A DNA stretch of 64,000 bases from an uncultured Nitrososphaeraceae archaeon (lineage in GTDB: Archaea; Thermoproteota; Nitrososphaeria; Nitrososphaerales; Nitrososphaeraceae). A model generated the notes under the pieces. That model was not told the DNA's origin. It ran no database searches and saw only the letters and a program-made list of their open reading frames with translations. Where the stretch lies: contig CAVSMN010000010.1 in NCBI GenBank assembly GCA_963729045.1, positions 96,001 through 160,000 of the forward strand, in the 5' to 3' direction. Shown here piece by piece: positions 57,380 through 64,000 of this stretch. The translations under genes and the position numbers were made by a program. Numbering within the stretch: the first letter of the stretch is position 1; each line of letters starts with the position of its first letter.

Positions 57380-59040
57380 CTATCCAGCCTTATTTAATGG
57401 CAAAGTAAAGGTAAATGTTGCTCCTGTATCATCCTTGTTATTTTCTGCCCATAAGTCTCCATCGTGTGCCACAACAATCTTTTTTGAGATATACAATCCC
57501 AAACCCATACCTTGATACGAGTTAGTGGTAAACGTGGTAAATAATTTCTGAAAAATCTCTTTATCAATCCCGACACCTGCATCCTTTACTTTCAAAATAA
57601 CCATTTCCTTACTGCTTGCATTATGCATATTGATTACCTTACTTTCAGCTTTTATTGATATTGAAACCAAGTCGGAGGAAAACTTTATTGAATTACTAAT
57701 CAAATTAGAAATAACTTGGCTTATCCTACTTTTATCTCCAAAAACGACCAAAGTATCAGGGATTTCATATGTGATTTTTATATTTTTATTATCAGTACAA
57801 TTTTGATAATCTCTTATCATATCTGGTATTATTTCCTTAAATGTAAAATTTTCTTTAATGAGCGTAAGAGAATTACTTTCAATTTTTGCTACGTCTAAGA
57901 TATCTTCGGATAGTTTCTTTAATCTTTTTGCATTTCTGTTTAAGATATCGAGAAATTCCCTAAGTTCATGATCTTTTATTCTACTTTTAACGAAGTCCGA
58001 TACATTAATTATTGGCTGTATTGGTGTTCTTAATTCATGGGCGGCTACATTAATGAATTCCTTTTGCATCCTGTCATTGACTTGTAATTGTTCATACAAC
58101 TCTATTTGTTTCCAAATAACGTCGAATATTGCAGCATATGTTAATACAGTGGGTAAACTATTAGAATAAGTTGCAAACCCTATTGCTTCTGCAACTGTAT
58201 GCTTGGCATCATCCCTTAGCTCTGCAACTATCGAATACCTTCTATCAACCACCAAAATTGATACTTGAGATATTGGATCCATAAATCTAAAATGAATATT
58301 TAGATTGTTGGCTAGACCTTTACATGTTGCTTCTATTTCATTATCCTTAGGTATCAGCACTTTCATTTTTACATTGGGGTTAGAATCTGTTATTTCTTTA
58401 AGAATTCGTATAGATCCATTGTGCTCTAGTCTGTGAAAAGCATTAGCGGTAGAGAAGATAATTAAAATCTCCTCTTTTGTAGACCTCAAAAGATCAACGA
58501 GTTTGTTTTGTAAGACCACAGGGTCATTTATAGATTCAATGACTTCAGGAATTATACCCTCCTCGATTTCCTTTATTTTTTTCTCACCTGGAACTGCGTG
58601 TTCTCCATAAGGTATCAAAGATATATTGACCCTGTTCAATCACTTCTTTTACATTGCTATAGATAACTTGGGTAAGAGGAGTACTTTTCTTGAAGAACTG
58701 TGGTAGCCATATATTCTGACTCGCTGACGGCAACACCACCTCTAACGCCATCTAGATGCCGCAGTTCATCAACAAGATTTATCAGATCTTTACAGTTACC
58801 GACATTTTCTTTTGTAATCTCTGTAAATGCCCTTATCTTCCCTCCCCTGTTACGAATATTTAGATATCCATCTCTATATTCTTTAATCTCTACTACAATT
58901 GATGGAGCATTTTTGTCAAAATATATATCCATCTTTTCTTTGACGTTTTCCATAAAATATATTCCCCTCCCCACCGCTTTCTCGACGCCATAAAGAATCT
59001 CTGAGCTTTTATCCTTGGTTTGAGGGAAGGAAGGAATACC
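57380..59040 (-). CDS. Sensor histidine kinase with TrmB/PLD-like N-terminal domains, frameshifted near 58600-58680
   Basis: AAHELRTP, QVISNLISNSIKF, DAGVG and GMGLGLYI. The N-terminal part lies in ORF 58657-58974 (ELRHLDG). Confidence 0.85.
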
Positions 59041-59218
59041 CGTAATGTTTCATCTAAATATCATGTTTAAAATATAAAAATATGCCGCTGCAAACACTTT
59101 AGTACGAAACTGTCATAGTTCATTAATTCTCCTTTTTTCAAGTAACTTTTAATTAAAGAAGTTGCTTTGAGACATTTAGGCATAAATTTTTAATAAAATG
59201 GGCTTTTAATACAATATA

Positions 59219-60200
59219 GTGGATGATTTAACATTTAGACAATTGATGGAATCAAAATATTATCATCCAGAGGTTACAGATGTCATTTTTGATTCCGATA
59301 AAATGTTAGAAATGGGCATAGTTGCTATTAATAGTACTGAAAGAGGATTTGTTATAGTATGGGATAAAATAATGCTTGATTCCTTGTGGAAGTTTTATAA
59401 AGTTGGTATACTCCTTGCTGAAAAACATGCCAAAGAAAGGGGTATCAAATTTAGACTAATTGTTGAAATTACGAAAGAAAACATGGAGTCTGTTAAATCA
59501 TTCAAGTATTATGAAATAAAACATATTGATAATATAAGAAGTAACTTTGCTGTATTGGATAACAGGGCCTATATGGTGCAAATATTTCATAAGGAAAATG
59601 AGCCTCCTGCTCAGGCGTTATTTAGTAATACTAAAGCCCTAGTAGATAGTCAACAAGCACTATTTAACAGATTATGGGAAATTGCAACTCCAATAGCAAA
59701 CAGATTAAAAGAGATAGAATATCGTGATAAATTAAACTACCAGAGGATTTTAACAAATCATAAAGAAATTCATAATGAAATAGATTCTTTAACATAACAA
59801 TGTGAAAAAGAATTACTAATATTTTCGTCATTCAAATTAATTTATACTGTACTTAACAAGAATAACTTTGTAAATAATTTTAACTCATTGCTAAGAAAAG
59901 GTATTACAATTAAGATTCTCACCGACGATATTGATGAACATTTAATGAGTCATATTGCTCAAATAAAGGACAACAAATAAAGATAATCCGATGCAGTTTG
60001 GGTATAGCAACAAGTTGGGAGAATTTAATGAATTTATAATGTTAAGCGATAATAAGTATGTCTTGCAAATAAAATATGACCAACAAAATGAAATAGTTGC
60101 CTCATTTTCAAATGAAGAGCATAATGTAATGATTCAAGAGATTCTATTTGAAAAATATTGGAATGAAGTCAAGAGTCTTACAGTCATTAGCAATAATTAG
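59219..60200 (+). pseudogene. TrmB/PLD-like double-domain protein with two in-frame stops; paralog of 61065-62045
   Basis: Same frame continues past TAA at 59795 and 59978; collinear with the 326-aa paralog. Confidence 0.8.
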
Positions 60201-60272
60201 ATAGTTTTAGATTCAATAATTGAAGGTCATTAAAACAAGGATTGATAAAATGTTGAACGCAATGATGCGCTA

Positions 60273-60323
60273 ATAGTATTGATCTTTGCGCGGGATCAAG
60301 GACGAACCGCATTATTTGAACCC
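60273..60323. repeat. Type-B element fused to the T-loop
   Basis: atagtattgatctttgcgcgggatcaaggacgaaccgcattatttgaaccc. Confidence 0.8.
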
Positions 60324-60488
60324 ACTAACAATTATTAAATGACAATCTCGATGCTCTCAACATTAACCCTCTAATGTAATAGTAAGGTCATTGGACTAGA
60401 TAAGATGTGGATTTGCACAGAAACCTTTGAAAGACAATATAAAAATGATTTAAGGTAAATTAAATTCATATTAGATTTTGATGGTGTT

Positions 60489-60755
60489 CTAATTTAATAA
60501 TCCACCTAATAAGCCGGTTGCTTTTTCTGTTAGAGATGAGTCAGACGAGGTAGAATCATTTGTTGTTGATACTGAACTATTATTCGTTCTTTGACTATTA
60601 TCATTTCCTGTCAGTAACTTTGTTGCCTCATCTTTAAGAGTGGACAAATCCTGCGCTAATGCCGTCTGGCCTAATGAATTACTTACTAGCGATGCTGTCA
60701 ATACAAATGACAGAACAAAACTCGCGATTACTAAAATTTTCTTCATCTTTTTCAA
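60489..60755 (-). CDS. Small secreted protein
   Basis: Signal peptide and S/T/N-rich linker. Confidence 0.7.
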   Translation of the reverse strand: MKKMKKILVIASFVLSFVLTASLVSNSLGQTALAQDLSTLKDEATKLLTGNDNSQRTNNSSVSTTNDSTSSDSSLTEKATGLLGGLLN

Positions 60756-60921
60756 ATTGTATGTTCATCATATTATATAACAGATACAACATTGAGTAAG
60801 TTATAAACAGTATTTCATCCAGATATCAGAGTGGGAAGTTTTACAATACCAATAATAAATTTACCATTTTCAATTAGCGTGAGACCGAATGATTAGAAAA
60901 CAGAAACCATGTAGACAGATT

Positions 60922-60991
60922 TGTAGATAAGCGGGTTCAAATCTATCTTAAGAAAAGAAGAATGAGGTGCGAGATGCGGGATTTGAACCCG
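60922..60991. repeat. Composite inverted T-arm repeat (type D)
   Basis: tgtagataagcgggttcaaatc...gtgcgagatgcgggatttgaacccg. Confidence 0.88.
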
Positions 60992-61064
60992 AGTTAAGAG
61001 TTGTCAAGGATAAGAGACATGTCTAGGACAACTTTTTAATAAAATGGAGTTTTGATACAATACA

Positions 61065-62045
61065 GTGGATGATATAACATTTCGACAATTGAAAGAATCT
61101 GGCTATCATCATCCCGAGGTTACAGAAGTAATTTTTGATGCCAACCAAATGTTTGAAATGTCATTGCACTCGGTCAGTATTAGTGAAAAAGGCTACGATA
61201 TAGTATGGGACAAGGTTATGATAGATTTTCTGAGAAAATATTTCAAAGAGGGCCTGCAACTCCTTGAAGATTTGGCCAATAAAAGAGGATTAAGAAGAAG
61301 ATTAATTGCAGAGACTACCGCAGATAATATTGAATTTGTAAATTCACTAAGTTATTCTGAAATAAGACACCTTGATAATCTCAGAGGAAATTTTGGAATA
61401 TTTGATGAAAGGGCATATATTGTCCAAATTTTTCACAAGGATACAGAAAAACCAAATCAAGCATTTTGGAGTAATTCCATTACACTTGTAAGAAAACAAC
61501 AAGCCCTGTTCGACGATTTATGGAAAATGGCTATCCCATTGTCGGCCAGAAATAAAGAGTTAACGTATCATGTAAATCCAGAATATAGGAAAACTTTTAC
61601 TGATTATGATCACATATATCAAGAGGTAAAATCAATCCTTGAACAAAGTAGAAGGGAATTATTAATATTTGCATCTTTTAAAATTTTGAAGAGAATATTT
61701 CACAATAAGGATTGGATCAATACTATCGCTTCACTGCTAGCAAGAAGAGTGAATACTAGAATATTGACAGATGATATTGATGGAGATTCAGCAAGAAAAA
61801 TTATGCGGATCCAAAATGAAGATAAGGACAAAAGAATCCATTTTGGATATAATGACAAATTAGGAAATTTCAATGAACTGGTTATATTAAGTGATGAGAA
61901 GTATGCTTTGCAAATAAAGTATGACCATCAAAATAAACTAATAGCATCATTCACTAATGAAGAATCCAGTGTTATGATTCAAGAGATATTATTTGAGAAA
62001 TGCTGGAACGAAGTAAAGAGTCTCGAAGTTGTGAATAGCAATTAG
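61065..62045 (+). CDS. Kinase-less TrmB/PLD-like sensor-domain protein
   Basis: EIRHLDNLRGNFGIFD, QQALFDDLW and ILFEKCW; same domain type as the histidine kinase N-terminus. Confidence 0.75.
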   Translation: MDDITFRQLKESGYHHPEVTEVIFDANQMFEMSLHSVSISEKGYDIVWDKVMIDFLRKYFKEGLQLLEDLANKRGLRRRLIAETTADNIEFVNSLSYSEIRHLDNLRGNFGIFDERAYIVQIFHKDTEKPNQAFWSNSITLVRKQQALFDDLWKMAIPLSARNKELTYHVNPEYRKTFTDYDHIYQEVKSILEQSRRELLIFASFKILKRIFHNKDWINTIASLLARRVNTRILTDDIDGDSARKIMRIQNEDKDKRIHFGYNDKLGNFNELVILSDEKYALQIKYDHQNKLIASFTNEESSVMIQEILFEKCWNEVKSLEVVNSN

Positions 62046-62409
62046 ATTAATTACTATGAGGATAAAAATTTCAACATTATATAAATGAAAAATAAAGTCG
62101 ACTGGTCCAATAATATTGAATAAATTTAGAGTGGCTTTACAAATTCTTACTAATACTCAATCTAGTTTTTGCCTTTACTATCAGGAGAACAATCGCCGCT
62201 TTCTACGAGCCTTGTGATTTCTCGTTTTTATCGGCATTTTCTTCAGCATCTTTCAAGTTGTTTATCAATCTTTTGTCTGCCTTGGTGTCATTGCTTGTCC
62301 TTTTCCAAAACTTTCCTAATTTTCTAAATAGCACAGAGTCTTTCAACTAATTCTACATGTATACTATAGATGAATTTGCTTATAAAGAAAATAACGTCAT
62401 AAAAACAAG

Positions 62410-62472
62410 TGCGAGATGCAGGATTTGAACCCGCACTTCGCTCGTACCTTAACCAGGCTGGGCCAACCTCGC
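62410..62472 (-). tRNA. tRNA-Leu-like gene lacking anticodon and variable arms (pseudo-tRNA)
   Basis: Reverse complement GCGAGGT-TG-GCCCAGCCTGGTTAAGGT-ACGAGCGAAGT-GCGGG-TTCAAAT-CCTGC-ATCTCGC-A: 7-bp acceptor stem, D-arm, T-arm and discriminator A. Leu identity is inferred. Confidence 0.75.
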
Positions 62473-62495
62473 CTGAAATAAAATTAACAATACGG

Positions 62496-62504
62496 TATTA
62501 ATAA
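62496..62504 (-). promoter_or_regulatory. Candidate TATA box of the tRNA-like gene
   Basis: Reverse complement ttattaata, 24-32 nt upstream of G1; weak evidence in AT-rich DNA. Confidence 0.4.
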
Positions 62505-62519
62505 CTTAATGCTGGGCTG

Positions 62520-62804
62520 TTATTTGCAACTATTCCATATTTTCCCCTTTCTAAAAGCAATTTTTCTAGCAGAGCTAATGTCACGAATCCCACCTCGGTT
62601 TTTTTCCGTACCTTGTCTTATGGAGGTTCCGTATTCGTCTACAATTTCAATAATTACCTCGTCTTTGAAATACGATTTTAGAATTCCAGCTATTTGATGA
62701 GATAGAGCCAAGCTTCCATCACCGATTCTAACTATTTTAGTTGGAGACTCTATTGATGACAAAACAAAACTGATTTTTTCAACTGTAGAATTAACCGAAG
62801 ACAA
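62520..62804 (-). CDS. C-terminal part of a conserved archaeal RNase H-fold (YqgF-like) protein
   Basis: VRIGDG, IVDEYGT and RDISSARKIA.R.G motifs; 5' part apparently disrupted. Confidence 0.55.
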   Translation of the reverse strand: MSSVNSTVEKISFVLSSIESPTKIVRIGDGSLALSHQIAGILKSYFKDEVIIEIVDEYGTSIRQGTEKNRGGIRDISSARKIAFRKGKIWNSCK

Positions 62805-63295
62805 AATTGTTCTATGCAGGTTTGATTATAAGAGATATAACAACAGAGGAAAAATTATCAAGAACCAAAGTAAATACGATCAAATTAAGAATTAAAGAAA
62901 ACTCTAAACCAATGTAAATTAGATTTTTGAAATACACTTGTATGGTTAGATTCTATTGATACCAGGATTAGGCTCGCTTGTCTTTCCGCTCGAGGATTGA
63001 ATGAAATAATTAAATAGTGAGACTTTGTTCATCCTTGAATTATATCCCTGCGGACCGAGCAAAGTTAGACTACGGCTAATAGACAGGTCGTGTATTCATT
63101 TTTTGAGATACTTGCAATGCAATAAGTTATCGAATATGTTTGACTTACAAAAACAATTATTGTATAGATGCTGTACGATTTCAAAGTCTTTCAAATTCTC
63201 CACCATCCTAAAGTAATTGTTTCTCTTTGGGAATAATATACAATTTATTATTATATAAGATTCGTATATAAGAAAATTATCAAATAGATAATACA

Positions 63296-63670
63296 TTGAT
63301 TTACCCCATCAATTGTTACCTTTCAATGACTAATAACAGTATTAGGAAAAAAATACTTTATCAAATACCTGTATTATTGATAATACTTGCGATATCCGTT
63401 CCAATGGCCACTGCTTCAGGTTTATCCAATGTCTTTTTTTCTTCTCCTAGTATGTCAGTAAATCAACTTGTATATGCAGAAGATGAGGTTTCCAGTGGTG
63501 GAGATCATTTAACTTCATCAACTACTACTGACCCAGTCTTAGGACACAGTCTAATAGGCTTAACAGTCACTAAAGAAAATGCTAATCCTTCTTTAGTTGA
63601 AGAGACTGAAGAACAAGATCTTGATTGTAGATACGTTTCAGAAAAGAATTTCAAAGTATCAGAGGAATGA
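63296..63670 (+). CDS. Secreted hypothetical protein, ends at the composition junction
   Basis: Signal peptide; stop codon at the AT/GC boundary. Confidence 0.5.
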   Translation: MIYPINCYLSMTNNSIRKKILYQIPVLLIILAISVPMATASGLSNVFFSSPSMSVNQLVYAEDEVSSGGDHLTSSTTTDPVLGHSLIGLTVTKENANPSLVEETEEQDLDCRYVSEKNFKVSEE

Positions 63671-63674
63671 TGAC

Positions 63675-64000
63675 ATGCCGCAATTTGTTCCAAACCAATT
63701 GAATCCCGGCCACGACGGAGGAGAGAAGGTCGCCGAGTTGCGCCCGCTCGCACAAGGGCAGCCTGATCTGAACGGAGTTTGCGGCCTCAGCCGTCCTCAA
63801 AGTATAGTACGCGAGCATGCAAGCAATTCAATTCGCTGGGCTCCTGACGAGCGGCTCAATCATCTTCTCGAGGAAGCCTGCGTCCGCTTCGCGACGAACG
63901 ATGCCGTCATTGGAAGCGGCATCGTTCTGAGTTATCGCGATTTCGACCGCCGTGCCAATCAGCTCGCGCGTCATCTGCTCGCACACGGAATCAAGTCCGG
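63675..64000 (+). CDS. Start of an NRPS-like adenylation-domain protein (bacterial, GC-rich), partial
   Basis: ATG at 63675 opens ...RWAPDERLNHLLEEACVRF..NDAVI...LSYRDFDRRANQLARHLLAHGIKS (A1-type motif). Confidence 0.8.
   Translation, partial: MPQFVPNQLNPGHDGGEKVAELRPLAQGQPDLNGVCGLSRPQSIVREHASNSIRWAPDERLNHLLEEACVRFATNDAVIGSGIVLSYRDFDRRANQLARHLLAHGIKS

Noticed and set aside
59795..59980. Stop-codon readthrough or recoding in the 59219 gene
   Set aside because: Both stops are TAA, other genes use TAA as a normal stop, and an intact paralog is adjacent, so pseudogenisation is simpler.
5500..62400. Integrase or transposase within the island
   Set aside because: No ORF shows tyrosine-recombinase (R..H-x-x-R..Y), serine-recombinase or DDE motifs that I can recognise.
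23656..62472. Interpreting the dispersed repeats as a CRISPR array
   Set aside because: Spacing is hundreds to thousands of bp and contains whole genes; no cas genes are present; the repeat matches a tRNA 3' end.
63505..63753. 82-aa minus-strand ORF
   Set aside because: It spans the AT/GC junction and is antisense to two better-supported ORFs.

Overview
AT-rich archaeal sequence. Its gene content (Mre11/Rad50, UbiD-family decarboxylase, MEDS-domain and TrmB/PLD-like sensor proteins, two-domain multicopper oxidase, gamma carbonic anhydrase, F420-dependent PPOX protein, many small secreted proteins) resembles a soil ammonia-oxidising archaeon, probably Nitrososphaeraceae/Ca. Nitrosocosmicus-like (inference). 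Core genes occupy about 1-5.5 kb. About 5.5-62.4 kb is an accessory island of short, unrelated, often broken genes. The main observation is at least 14 co-oriented intergenic copies (23.6-62.4 kb) of the 3' end of a tRNA-Leu-like gene (T-arm plus acceptor strand; + strand consensus gtgcgaRRtgcgggatttgaacccg). They divide the island into cassettes of mostly 1-2 genes and decay with distance from an anchor at 62410-62472. The anchor is a tRNA-like gene that has lost its anticodon and variable arms. Inverted composite copies, a second conserved element fused at the same T-loop, and repeat-bounded duplicated cassettes suggest an integron-like, tRNA-T-loop-targeted cassette accumulation system; no integrase is visible in the window. 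The last ~330 bp switch abruptly to GC-rich, bacterial-looking NRPS adenylation-domain sequence, probably a contig junction or contamination. Many single-base frameshifts may be assembly errors.
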